This document shows, piece by piece, positions 1-13,200 of a stretch of 64,000 nucleotides of DNA (positions are counted from its first letter, which is position 1; every line of letters begins with the position of its first letter). The DNA is from Chiloscyllium plagiosum. Lineage: Eukaryota. A model generated the notes under the pieces. It was not told the origin of the DNA and made no database searches. It was given only the letters and a program-made list of their open reading frames with translations. The position numbers were made by a program, and so were the translations under genes. Location: positions 19,769,269 to 19,833,268 of the forward strand of contig NC_057720.1 of the NCBI RefSeq assembly GCF_004010195.1, given 5' to 3'.

Positions 1-279
1 CACCTGTCTCAGTCCCAACCCTTGAACTCAGCACCACCTTCCTAACCTGCAATCTTCTTCCTGACCTCTCCGCGCCCACCCCCACTCCGGCCTATCATCC
101 TCACCTTTACCTCCTTCCACCTATCGCATTTCCAATGCCTCTCCCCCAAGTCCCTCCTCCCTACCTTTTATCTTAGCCTGCTTGGCACACCTTCCTCATT
201 CCTGAAGAAGGACTCATGCCCGAAACGTCGATTCTCCTGCTCCTTGGATGCTGCGCTTTTAAAGCAACACATTTTCAGC
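1..279 (+). mobile_element. Penelope-like element 3' end/pseudo-LTR fragment (family A)
   Basis: Same sequence as 13170-13441 and 15220-15390, which adjoin GIY-YIG-like ORF remnants; contains a hammerhead motif. Confidence 0.7.
198..233 (+). ncRNA. Minimal hammerhead ribozyme motif (PLE family A)
   Basis: ATTC-CTGAAGA-A-GGAC(TCAT)GCCC-GAAA-CG-TC-GATT; one stem II mismatch. Confidence 0.55.
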
Positions 280-544
280 CCAGCCTACAATGGTCAAGTA
301 AAAGTGGATGTTTCCACATTGATTCAGATGCCTTTGGGCGATTGTTGTTGGCTCCATTGTTTTGATGGAAATGGATTCAGGACCTGTCTCCTTCTTCTCC
401 CTGTGATGGAGATTGCAATGTCTTGGATTGAACTTGCCTTCAGGCATAGGTCTCAAGAGAATTGTATATATCTGTAAGTTTGTGCCTCACTGTCAAAGGA
501 CCAGACAGTCACTATAATCACACTATAATCACATTGGAACTGAC

Positions 545-1125
545 CTGCTCTCACCTTGGAGTAAGAAGTAATGAGTTCAAGCCACATTCCAGGGGCTTGA
601 GCACAATTTTGGCCGATGGTTTGATAAAATGCTGAGGGAATGCTGCGTGGTCAGAGGTACATCATTTCACGTTAAACATTAAATCCAGACTGTTTACTCT
701 CTCATGTGGACATAAGGGACTTCATGGGTCTATTTGAAGAATAGCATGGAAGGTCCTGGCTGACATTTATTTACCAGGAAAACAGCAACTTGTTCATGTA
801 TTTCCTTGATTTTTGTTTGGCCTTTATGGATTGTGTTTCCTATTTAACAACAATGATTACTCTTCAAAAAGTTTATAGTCGTGAAGCACTTAGGATGTCC
901 TGAGCAGTATTATTTCTGATAACTTTTTAAGGTTTGCATGTAACTTTTTTTTAAAGGGAAGTGTGTGGAGCCTTTAAATGTTGTTGCGTCAACATGTACA
1001 GGTGGTGATGAACAGAGTTGACTTGCATGTGGCTGCAGAATAACATTTGAGATTCTGCACAGTTGCATCTTAGAAGGAACACTGGTCCTGAGGTTGAGAA
1101 AGCTGCTATATAAATGCAAGTTTGT
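545..1125 (+). mobile_element. Old DeuSINE/SacSINE1-like SINE, interrupted by a MITE
   Basis: gctgagggaatgctgc...tcagaggt central domain and ...gtcctgagg...ctatataaatgcaagt tail; family named from recalled consensus. Confidence 0.6.
905..1084. mobile_element. hAT-type non-autonomous DNA transposon (MITE), 180 bp
   Basis: Perfect 8-bp TSD gtcctgag (897-904 / 1085-1092); imperfect TIRs CAGTATTATTTCT / AGAAGGAACACTG. Confidence 0.75.
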
Positions 1126-1227
1126 TCACTATTTGTCAGTATATCAATTTTACAAGAAACACATGCAATATCCCAACATGTTCTACATGAATCATGGATT
1201 TCTGAATTATTGGAATTGCTTGCTTAC

Positions 1228-1267
1228 CTGCTCCAGGCACAGGATCTTCAGTGGCCTTTAGAAATAT
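1228..1267 (-). CDS. ABCA4: ABCA4 exon 26 equivalent
   Basis: 40 nt, 0/1; [13 protein letters not shown], completing the conserved LEE-IFLK motif; TTTTTAG acceptor, GTAAGC donor. Confidence 0.88.
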
Positions 1268-4200
1268 CTAAAAATGAGCAAAGAACAGAATTGAATTACA
1301 GGTAGTTGTCCATCTCAGCTCTTTCACACAAGAATATATTTTTTGCAGACACTCAATAAAGGGAACATACTCGTCAGCAATCTCACGGTGAGGTATGAAG
1401 GTAAGCGCCTGGCAAGTTTAGACATTAGGTGCCTAGTTATTGTGGATTCTCAATATTAAGGTCATTGCAGAATAAATGGTTAACTCAGAGGCTAACTACT
1501 GAGCATGCACACAGGACGTCATGAAGATGTCATAGATTCATGACAATCTGAGAGAGCAACAGCAGCTCAGACCATGTGTGGGGATTGAATGTATATATTT
1601 TTTATTCATTCACAGGATAAGGGCATCGCTGACCAAGCCAGCATTCATTGCTCATCTCTAATTGCCCAGAGGGCAGATAAGAGTCAACCGTGTTGCTGTG
1701 GATCTGGAGTCAAATGTACGCCAATCCAAGTAAGGACGGCAGTTTCCTTCCCTAAAGGACGTTAGTGAACCAGATGGATTTTTCCGACAATTAACAATGG
1801 ACTCATGGTCAACATTAGACTCTTAATTCCAGATATTTATTGAATTCAAATACCACCATCTGCCAAGACAGGATTTGAACACGAGTCCTCAGAACGGCGG
1901 CACGGTGGCCCAGTGGTTAGCACTGCTGCCTCACAGCGCCTGTAGACCCGGGTTCAATTCCCGACTCAGGCGACTGACTGTGTGGAGTTTGCACATTCTC
2001 CCCGTGTCTGCGTGGGTTTCCTCCGGGTGCTCCGGTTTCCTCCCACAGTCCAAAGATGTGCGGGTCAGGTGAATTGGCCATGCTAAATTGCCCGTAGTGT
2101 TAGGTTAAAGGGGTGGATGTAGGGGTATGGGTGGGTTGCGCTTTGGCAGGTCGGTGTGGACTTGTTGGGCCGAAGGGCCTGTTTCCACACTGTAAGTAAT
2201 CTAATCTAATCTAATCTAACATTACCTAGGTCTCTGGATTAACAGTCCAGCAACAGTACCACTAGACCATTGCCTCCCCTGTAGATAGTTAATATTGTAT
2301 GTTCATTTTGGAATGATCTCTTTCTCTAGTCAAATCTCTTATGTAGAGTACAGCATCTTTTAAAACACAATCTGCAAAAACTCTGGTGAGTGACTGGGCG
2401 AACGTCCATAGAAATTCAAGTCTTAATTTAAGAGACCTCACTTTAACCATGTTTGCGGTTAGAAAAGCAATGATGTCCCACGTGCATGTAACATTCAATT
2501 TGTCATTTACGAGAGCATGTGACTCTAGGAGACTTTGCACACAGGTATAAAGGATTCACAAAAGAAGGGAAACCAAGTATGTCTTTATTTGAAAAGATGA
2601 TTTTTGGTTTATTAATGAAGTTGGAGGTACTTTGAGTGTAGATGCCATTGTAGGTAACTGCGCTGGTGATTTATAGAAAGCACTGCTTAAAATTCTCACC
2701 AGGAGCAGTGAGCCCTGCTGGGTCTGCAGCTTGAATCAAGTCAGCGATAAAGACAGATGAAACAGGGTCCTAATGGGGAACAGTCCATTGAGAGGCTCAG
2801 GCCATTACATTGGGGTGACCCTTTCTGCTATGTCATGACACACCCCATTAACACCCAAGCCAGCAAGCACTCTTACTCCTAATAACAGTTAATACTGTTT
2901 CAGAATTTGACCTTGGAATACCTGCACAGTACTGATTGTGCCAACGTAGAATTCCTTTCCCCACTACATTCCATGGACAATAATCAATTTACTGTTACCA
3001 AGATAACTTGCTTGTTAAAACCATCCAGAAGGTGATTGCACAAGGACCATGCAATATGTTGTAGACTAATAGTCACACACTAGTTAGAATTCTACAAATC
3101 CCAGTCGAGACAGTCCAGGATGCCATGGCAGCTGTGCCTGTACCCTACCTGCTGCCACAATCTGTTTGCCCTTGTGTCCACTCAGTCACTTAATTGGCCA
3201 ATTAATGGCCTGAAAGTTAGCAATCTTGTTGCCGGGATGGTTGGAGGGGTATGGTTCAAGTAGCCCTGTACAATGCCGATTTCCCCAATCCCTAGCAATC
3301 CTACAAAAGCCCTGACACGTCAGACACTATCCACTTGCCCCCCAACTCCTTTGCCAATGCCTGCCAGTCTAATGCCCGTCTGGGTTAGTGGCTTCTTTTA
3401 GAGTCAGAGAGTCATAGAGCTGTACAGCACGGAAACACACCCTTCGGTTCATCTTGTCCATGTTGACCAGAAATCCCAAATTAATCCAGTTCCTTTTGGC
3501 CCATATTCCTCTAAACCCTTTTTATTCATATACTTATCCAAATGCCTTTTAAATGTTGTCATTATACCAGTTCCATACATGCACCACCTTCTGTGTGAAA
3601 AAGTTGCCCCTTGTTTGAGAATTGTCTGCAGTTCCAGCCAAGACCAGCACTCCTGGTCGCACTGTTGATCAACCAATTCGAACTCCCACCTTGAGCCAAC
3701 AATGCTGACCGTTGCAAATGAAGACCCAGTTAAGGAGAGGCTGACTCGGAGCCACAGCCTTCATGTAAAATTCTGGCAAATATGACATGGCGTCTCTGCA
3801 AACAACACACTGAATGGGTGGCTACATTGCTTGATGGTCATGGTTTACAACTTCTATGAAAACTGCCAAAGAATTGATAAAAAAATCAGTTCCTTATGAT
3901 AAATAATAAGCAGTCTTACCTCCTCCAGTGAAGTGTCAGACACCCCAAAGCTGCTGAGGCCTAAATCCTGAAGAGTCTCCTCGATTTCGCGGAAGAGGCT
4001 AGCGTAGGCCCTATGTTTGAAATCTTTATTGGGCAGCAGGTAATAAAGCTCTTGACCAACATTTTCCAACAACTTAGCGTCGGGAACATGATGTTTGATG
4101 AGATTTGTCAATGCATCTACATCACCTGTATGTGGGAGTACCAACAAAGACTATGGTGAACGGCCATTCATTACAAGTTTACTACAGTCTTTATACATAA

Positions 4201-7200
4201 AAGGCAATCAATTCCGATTATTAATTCAAACTTAAAGCACATCAGTGTCTCATATAGTTAGCTACTTGGGTATAACACTTAATGCCTACAGCAAGGATCA
4301 TAATACATGAACTGTAACAGTAATATATAAATGGTATCAGCTACAGCTCAGTAAACCCTCTCAGTCCTGAATCAGAAAGATCAGAGTTCTAGTCCAACTC
4401 CAGGGCTTCAGCACAAAAATCCAGTTTGGCACTGCAGTACAGTACTGGGGGAGTTCTGCACTGTCAGAGGAGCTGCCTTTTAGATGAGATGGTAAAATTG
4501 CTAACCCTTCTGCCATCAGTTAAATAAATACTTCCAAATCCACAACCACATGGAAGGACAAGGGCAACATATACATGGAAACACTGCCACCTGAAAGTTC
4601 CTGTCCAAGCAACTCACCATATATTGGAAATATATCACTGTTTCTTCAGTGTCATGGGGCAAACTTCGGGAATTCCCTTCCTAATAGCACAGTGGGGCTG
4701 TCTTCACAGCTCATGAACTACAGTAGTTCAAGAAGGCAGCTTACCACCACATTCTCAAGACTGCAAGGGATGGACAATAAATGCTGATCCAGCCAGTGAC
4801 ACCCACATCCCATTAGTGAATAAATAATAAAAAAGGCTGAGAAGTGATTTAAAAAAAATCTCATTCTTATTAAATGATAAACATGCTCAGATAAAATTTC
4901 ATAATTATTACAATTTTAGCACATATATTTATTCTTTCTTCATGAACAGGTTAAAATCTTAACAAAGAGACCTTGGAGTGGTGGTTCATAGCTCCTTGAA
5001 AGTGAAGTCGCAGATAGATAGGATAGTGAAGAAGGCGTTTGGTATGCTTTCCTTTATTGGTCAGAGTATTGAGTACAGGAGTTGGGAGGTCATGTTGCGG
5101 CTGTACAGGTCATTGGTTAGGCCACTGTTGGAATATTGTCCCTTTCATCCCAGGAAGCCGCCTAATGTACCAACCTAGTTACTTGTTGCATCAGCATGCT
5201 GACATTATGTTTCATACACAGGAATCATTCCAATCCCTTTGTACTGCTTCTTTTTATGAGTCCTCTTAATTAAATAACAACCTTTTGGTTCTCAGTGTCA
5301 TCCACAAACTCGTATGTATATTGCACTCAGCTCCCCCGGTCAGATTATCAGTATAGATTGTGAATAACTCTGGCCATTGGACTGATATTTGTGTACTCCA
5401 GTTATTTTTACTCCAGTACGTTTTGTCATAAACATCCATTAATCCTGATTCTCCGATTTTTATGTGTTAACCAACCGCCATCCCATGCTAATACATTTTC
5501 ATCATACTATGAGCCGCTGTCTTGTATAAGAACCTTGATTTTGTGATACCTTGTGGAAAATCTCTGGAAAGCCTCGTTTCTACCAGTTCCCTTTAATCAC
5601 ATCCCCTTGCTACATTCTCAGGGATATCCAGATAAAAAAAACCTTACATGATTTAACAAGGCAAAATATAGTTTCACTTTCACAAAACCATGCTGACTGC
5701 GTGAAGCTTTTCTAAAAGCCCTGCAATTTCTTCCTTAATAACAGACTCTCGCAGATTCCCAGCAATAATGGTTCGGCTAAATGGTTCTTGTTTTCTATCT
5801 CACTCCTTTCTTGAAGGCTTGCGCCACATTGGAGGTTCGCCAGTTTCGCTGGAACACTCCTGAAATCCACAGAGTTATGGAATATTTCACACATTACCAC
5901 GAGTCACTCTGTAACCACTTCTTTTAAAACCAGGTATGAATTATTCCTGACTTGTCTACCCTAACTCTTATCTATTTGTTAAAAACCTTGTTCGTTTTTT
6001 ACAGACAGTTCAAGAGCTTCCCGCCTATTACCATTTTGTTTATATCATTGAAGTACTTACAGTCCCTATGAGGAATGATGTGAAATGCTGGTGTAAATTA
6101 TTTGTTCCCTGTAGCCAGTTCCTCAGTCACACCCTCCAAATGTCCTCAATATACTCTCCTCACTTAATTTCTAACTTCGGTCACACACCCATCTTGAAAG
6201 TTTTTTTTTAATATATACACGGAAAAGCTTGTGAAGCTTGTTTTTATATTTGTTGCTAATTTATTTGCATCATATATTTTCTTCTTTTTTCCTCGCTTTC
6301 TAGATTCACACAATCATAGAGAGCACACTTAGACCCTTTGATCCAACGTGCTAATGTGGGCCGAGTTTTTCAAACTAAGTTCGTCCCATCTGTTTGCACT
6401 TAGCCTCTAAATGTTTCCCATCTTTTTAAAACATCTTTGAAATGTTGCAACTGTACTTGCATGTGCCACTCTTCCTCTGGCAGCTCATTCCATATACACA
6501 CAACTCTTTTCATGAAAATCCTGCCCCATTGTCCATTTTAAATCTTTCCCCTTTCACCTTAAAGCTATGTCCTCTATGTTTGAACTTCTCTATCCTGTGA
6601 GAAAAGACATTGTCTATTCACCTTAACCATGCCTGTCATGATTTTATAAGATTATATAGTGTCACCTCTCAACCACCTACACGCCATCTGATAATAACTT
6701 AAAGAACAAACATTTATAGATAACCACTGAAGATTTGAAACAATGAGAAAAATGACAGGTAAACAACACTCAGCCCAAACCTCACACTGTGATTTGTCCT
6801 TCTCCATGTTATAGTAACAAGGCAGCAGGAAACTCTTACTAGTGCCAAAAAGATATCAAACACCTTTGTCTAAATGGGGTGATGATCGCTACAGTGAACA
6901 TAGAACATAGAAGAATACATCGCAGTACAGGCCCTTCGGCCCTCGATGTGGCGCCGATCCAAGCCTATCTAACCTACACTAGCCGACTATCCTCCATATG
7001 CCTATCCAATGCCCGCTTAAATGCCCATAATGAGGGAGAGTCCATCACTGCTACTGGCAGGGCATTACATGAACTCACGACTCGCTGAGTAAAGAACCTA
7101 CCCCTAACATCTGTCCTATACCTACCCCCCCTTAATTTAAAGCTATGCCCCCTTGTAATAGCTGACTCCATACGTGGAAAAAGATTCTCACTGTCGACCC

Positions 7201-10200
7201 TATCTAAACCCCTAATCATCTTATACACCTCTATCAAGTCACCCCTAAACCTTCTTTTCCCCAATGAAAACAACCGCAAGTGCCTCAGCCTTTCCTCATA
7301 CAATCTTCCTACCATAATGGCAACATCCTGGTAAACCTCCTCTGCACCCGTTCCAGTGACTCCACATCCTTCCTATAGTATGGCAACCAAAACTGCACAC
7401 AATACTCCAGATGCGGCCGCACCAGAGTCTTATACAACTGCAACATGACCTCAGTACTCCAGAACTCAATTCCTCTACCAATAAAAGCCAGTACGCCATA
7501 TGCATTCTTCACCGCACTATTTACCTGGGTGGCAACTTTCAAAGATCTGTGTACAAGTGTGAAGTAATACATTTGGGGAGGTCAGACAATAAAAGCGAAT
7601 GCCCAATCAATAGGAATATACTGAGAGGGGTAGATGGAGTGAGAGATCTTGGTGTGCAAGTGCACAGGTCCCTAAAGGGAACAGTACAGGTAGATAAGGT
7701 TGCAAAGATTGCATTTGGAATGCTGTCCTTCATTGGCATAGGTATAGAATGCAAAAGTAGGGATGAGATGATGAAACTATATAAGATACTTATGAGTCCG
7801 TATAAGACCTCAACTTGAGTATTGTGTGCAGTTTTGTTGACCACATTACAGGAAGGACATAATTGCTCTGGAGAGAGTGCAGAGAGATTTACTACAGTAT
7901 TGCCAAGGCTGGAGAATTGTAGCTATGAGGAGATTGGAGTGGTTGGAGTTGTTTTGGAGTTGGAGTGGGGGATTCATTGATGGTACACCATTGAATGCCA
8001 AGGGGCAGTGGTTAGATTGTGACTTATTGGTGATGGTCATAGTCTGATATTTGTGTGGCATGAATGTTACTTGCCCCTTATCAGACCAAGGAGGAGAAAG
8101 TGAGGACTGCAGATGCTGGAGATCAGAGCTGAAAAATGTGTTGCTGGAAAAGCATAGCAGGTCAGGCAGCATCAAAGGAGCAGGAGAATCGACGCTTCGG
8201 GCATAAGCTCTTGAAGAAGAATTCTTCTGCTCCTTTGATGCTGCCTGACCTGCTATGCTTTTCCAGCAACACATTTTTCCCTCAATTGAACCTTCACGCC
8301 TCATCTTTACATAGGCCGCCCTCTTCCATTTAACAAGGGATTCCAATTCCTTATTAAACCACAGCTCCCTCACATGACCCTTTCCTCCCTGCCTGACGGG
8401 TACATACTTATCAAGGACACTCAATAGTTGCTCCTTGAACAAGTTCCACATATCAATTACGCCCTTGCCTTGAAGCTTACTTTTCCAGGCCACACATCCT
8501 AAGTCATGCCTCACCGCATCATAATTTCCCTGCCCCCAGCTATAACTCTTGCCCTGTAGTGCACACTTATCCCTCTCCATCACTAGAGTAAAAGTCACCG
8601 AATTGTGGTCACTGTCCCCAAAGTGCTCACCTACCTCTAATTCTAACACCTGGCCTGGTTCATTACCCAGAACCAAATCTAGTATGGTCTCACCTCTTGT
8701 TGGCCTATCTACATATTGTGTCAGGAAACCCTCCTGCACACACATTGGACAAACACTGACCCAGTACTTGAGCAACACTGATAAAAGCAAGGCAGAAAAT
8801 GCAAACCTCACCGTCTAATTCCTCTTCTGGAAGGGTTTCATCAATAGGACAACAGTTGGAGCAGGAACAGCTACAGCCTGTTCCACAGGTACATGTTGGC
8901 TGTGATAGGTTTGTGAGTAAAAGAAAAGCAGAGATCAGATGAAATGCTAACCGCCGCAAATAGCAAATAAAAAGCAATCTAACTACATGGGTTCTAACTG
9001 GCAGAAGGATTTGACTTGGACAGGAGAGACCCTTTGATCTTTTTTTAAAATTCTGTTTCTGACCCCATTTCCCTCAAGCTGTATTGTTTCTGCGGAAGTG
9101 CTTCCTCTGAGTAGATGTTTTGTGTAATTTCCTGCTTCATTCATGCGATGCGGTTTATAGCAACACTGTTCATGCAACAAATAGGTAGTGGGCGATGATA
9201 ATACAGTCCATGCAGACAGTTCCATCTGCTATGACAACATCTACGTTTATATGAAAGTTGTATTCTGGAGCTATAGATTCTTACCATCATGTGGCTGGCC
9301 AGGATACTCTCTCACTCTTACCACCTACAATTGGCATATAGTTGCAGGTTGGTTCTCAACTCGCTTCGCACATTACTAACAGACTTTCTTGGATTTGCTC
9401 ACCAGCTCCTGGAGTGCGGTTTGAACCCAGAGTGTCTGACTCAAAGGCAGGGACAATATTCACCATTCTACAAGAGCTGATGGATAGCGCACGCTTTGCT
9501 TATACTGACTAGCCAGGAAAACTCAATTCTGTGGCATGTACATTAAAGATGAAGGTAGGTTTTCAATAGTTTGCTCACAAATAAAGCCTTTGGTCTGATT
9601 TTACAACCCAAGAATCTTTCAGGCGCTTTCTACGCAGGTACAGAGGATGTCATCCCTCATGTGTATACACAGTAAGATGCAGATGCATTAATATTACCAT
9701 AGCATTTTGTTTCCTTTGTTTTGCCTTCTTCATCCTGCGAACTAGGGTCAGATAGAAACCAGAACCAAAACAATTCTTCAGGAACAAAGAGGATCCACAA
9801 CACTGCAGCTTTCCCTGAGAGATGATTGCGATCCGGTCACCAAGAAGATCGGCTTCATCCATATGGTGAGTGGAGAGAATGATGGTTCTTCCTAAATGGG
9901 AGAACATGGAATCTTATTAGATTACTACTAATAGTCAATGCCGTCCACTAGAGGGAGCCTTCAGCCAATGTTTTGTTGAACAAGAATCAATTTTGATAAA
10001 GTTTTATCTGTAACGCCACACTAGTTCTCTCTTGGAATGAATTACACGTTTTGTTTGATAATCTCAAAGCCAAAATAAATTCCTGTAACCCGATACTTGA
10101 GACCTTTCAATCTGAGGAAGATTTGAGAAAGGTGAAATGTCGATCAGGCTGCAAGTGCAACACATTTGCTGGATTTAGCTCTTCCAAAACGTTGGGCTGT

Positions 10201-13200
10201 CATTACCTTGTAGGATAGAAAGTATTTAATCACTCATTGTTTACTGACGTAGGTGCATGTACATGTTGCCAAACGTAAAGGTGGGTTGGAAGATCTGGTA
10301 TCAGCATGTTCTGCCCCGAGGTTCTTTGGCTATGATTTGGTTTCAAACGTCCTTGCACATTAAGTTACTAATCATTACTGAGAAATCTGTGTTCTAGCTG
10401 AGAGATTACATGGCCCCTGACACTGCATGCATATTTCAGCCCAAGATTGGTATGCAAAGCAGCAGCAAGCTGTGGAAGAAAAACCCTCAGGATTTCTCTC
10501 AATCTGGAAGACATAATGTTGGCAATGCAAGTATCTCCTCTCTGGAAGGGAAGGGTTTTTTCACCGACCTTTCTGTGATCAGGGATCACAGACGAATACT
10601 GCGCCACACTCCTACCAACCTCCCCCCCACCCCCGGCAAAGGTTGCCTTATTAAGAGCAAACCTCAGCCAACACAATATATGCATGAAGGCTTCAGGTCA
10701 GACCTAACTGGCTCACATAGGTTTAACTATCAACCATGTTGCATTCTTAGCTCTGTGCAAAGTGAACATTAACCTGGAACCCTCCTTGGATGACATCACA
10801 GTACAGTTCAATGAAGGAGGTGACACTTGCGAAACATTATGTTCTAGCCCTTGTTTCGTTCACTTATTGACTCTCATTCCAGAATGCACTCAGACCTACA
10901 GGAGAATCTTAATTCTTTTTGTTTTTTTTTATACTGCTGGATTGCAAGAGGCTGATGGTGACTAGCACACAGTTAAATTGAAAAACATTTGCTGGAACAT
11001 TGAGGTTCTTAAAAAAAAATCTTCAAAAACTGTTGTCATACTTAATGAAAGCTAGTGACCCAAGCTGGAGTAAAACTTCAGAATCAATATTTTGAAATTT
11101 CTCCCAGGATCATTTTTAAAAAACAAAAATCCGCAATTAAGTGTTGCCCTTTGCAATAAAATTCTAACCTAAAATGATGAAACCACAGCACAACATCTTA
11201 TGTTATTACTGATGTGTTGCCAACTTCCTCCAGACTCAACAGGCAGCAGAGTCTGAGAGGAGGCTTTAACCAGAAAGAACATGGTTGAAATTCTTTGACC
11301 AACCAATAGTCTCTCTTGAATGGGATGGGTTTCATCAAGAACCCACAAAAGCAGCAACTGTTTATGATTCATTGAAACCTCAAAAATAAGGTGGGGAAAA
11401 TATCTTTCTCTGCGTAACTGACAGGAATGGTTTTATACAAATGTACATGCCAGGAACAGGAATTCAAACCCCTCACGATTGATTCATTTTAATGGAGGTT
11501 AAATCGTGCTGGTAATGTTAACAGTTCTATGTTTTTTTTCCTATGTGTACTGTGCAGGTGTGAACTTTCATATCTCAAGGTAAGTTGGTGAATTCCAGCA
11601 TTGGATGTTTATTGCATGTCCCCAGTTTTCACTACTTCACTGTTGGGAATTGTATTTTCATTGCCTTGGCCCTAAACTGTGGAATGTTAATCTCAAACAT
11701 CCATGCAACTCTCTGTCTGTGTTTTCCAAACCTACCTCTTTGATGAAGATTTTTGTCACCTGTCTTAACATTTTCTATTTGGCTGGTTATCAAGTCTCAT
11801 TTGCTAATGCACCTAAGAAATTCCTTGGAAAATTTTGGTATGTAAGTTAGGACTGCAGACATTGGAGATCAGAGTCGAGGGTGTGATGCTGGAAAAGCAC
11901 AGCAGGTCAGGCAGCACCCGAGGAGCAGGAGAATTGATGTTTTGGGCATAGGTCCTTCATCAGGAATGAGGCTTATGGGCCGGGGGGCTGAGAGAATGAG
12001 TTTGGTAGATGAAGGTGGGGGGAACATGATAGGTCGGAGAGAAGGGTGGAGCGGATAGATGGGAAAGGTGATGGACAGGTCAGGAGGGCGGTGCTGAGTT
12101 GGAGGCTTGGGACTGGGATAATGTGGGGGGAGAGGAAATGAGGAAACTATTGAAATGCACATTGATTCTGTGTGGTTGTAGGGTCCCAAGGCGGAATGTA
12201 AGGCATTCTTCCTCCAGGCGTCGGGTGGTATGGGTTTGGCGGTGGAGGAGGCCCAAGACATGCATCTCCTTGGCAGAGTGGGAGGGGGAGTCGAAGTGTT
12301 CAGCCACGGGGTGTTGGGGTTGGTCGGTGTGGATGTCCCAGAGATGTTCTCTGAAACAATCCGCAAGTTGGCGCCCTGTCTCCCCGATGTGGAGGAGACT
12401 AGATCGGGTGCAACGGATACAGTAGATGACAGGTTGAGGTACAGTTAAATTTCTGTTGGATGTGGAAGGATCCTTTAAGACATTAGATGGAGGTGAGGGG
12501 GAAGGTGTGGGCGCGAGGTTTGCACTTCCTGCAGTGGCATGGAAAGGTGCCGGGAGTGGGATGTGGGCTAGTTGGGGGGTGTGGATCTATCGAGGTAGTT
12601 GAGGAGGGAATGGTCTGGAGTGGGGAGGGGAGGGGAATATTTCTCTGGTGATGGGGTCTGTTTGTAGGTGGTGGAAGTGGCGGAGGATGATGTGCTGTAT
12701 CCAGGGGTGGTTGGGTGGAAGGTGTGGACTGGGGTGTTCTGTCTTTGTTGCTTTGGGAGGGGTGGGGTTCAAGGTGCGCTGGAGGGCATAGTCGACCACG
12801 AAGGGAAGTTGCGATCTTGGAAGAAGGAGGCCATCTGGGATTGTCTAAGTGGAATTGGTCATCCTGGGAACAGATGCGATGGAGGCGGAGGAATTGGGAA
12901 TAGGGCAATGCGTTTTTACAGATGATAGGGTGGGAGGAGGTGTTGTCTAGGTAGCTGTGGAGAGACACCCGCACCAACCAACCCCAATGCCCCGTAGCTG
13001 AACATTTCAACACTCTGTCAAGGACATGCAGGTCCTGGGTCTCCTCCATTGCCAAACCTTAACCACCTGACTCCTGGAGGAGGAATGCCTCACATTCTGC
13101 CTTGGGATTCTGCAACCGCACGGGATCAATGTGGATTCCAACAGTTTCCTCATTTCCCCTCAACACCACATTATCCCAGTCCCAAGCCTCCAACTCGGCA

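Noticed and set aside
281..489. Minus-strand peptide KFNPRHCNLHHREKKETGPES resembling the start of human exon 27 (NPRHPCLGPREK, recalled)
   Set aside because: The best acceptors (exon start 489 or 471) joined to phase-1 exon 26 hit TGA within 17 codons. The conserved ALLVKRF part is absent and the frame runs into a PLE at 279. A 2-nt slip in the (AT)n run would restore the frame, so RNA-seq or raw reads should be checked, but it is unsupported as is.
1896..1975. tRNA-like sequence with A and B boxes
   Set aside because: Head of an HE1 SINE, not a tRNA gene; the same applies to other copies
7846..8811. 321-aa ORF starting at the exon 24 donor
   Set aside because: Chance chimera of a CR1 endonuclease piece, a PLE hairpin and other LINE fragments; out of frame with exon 24
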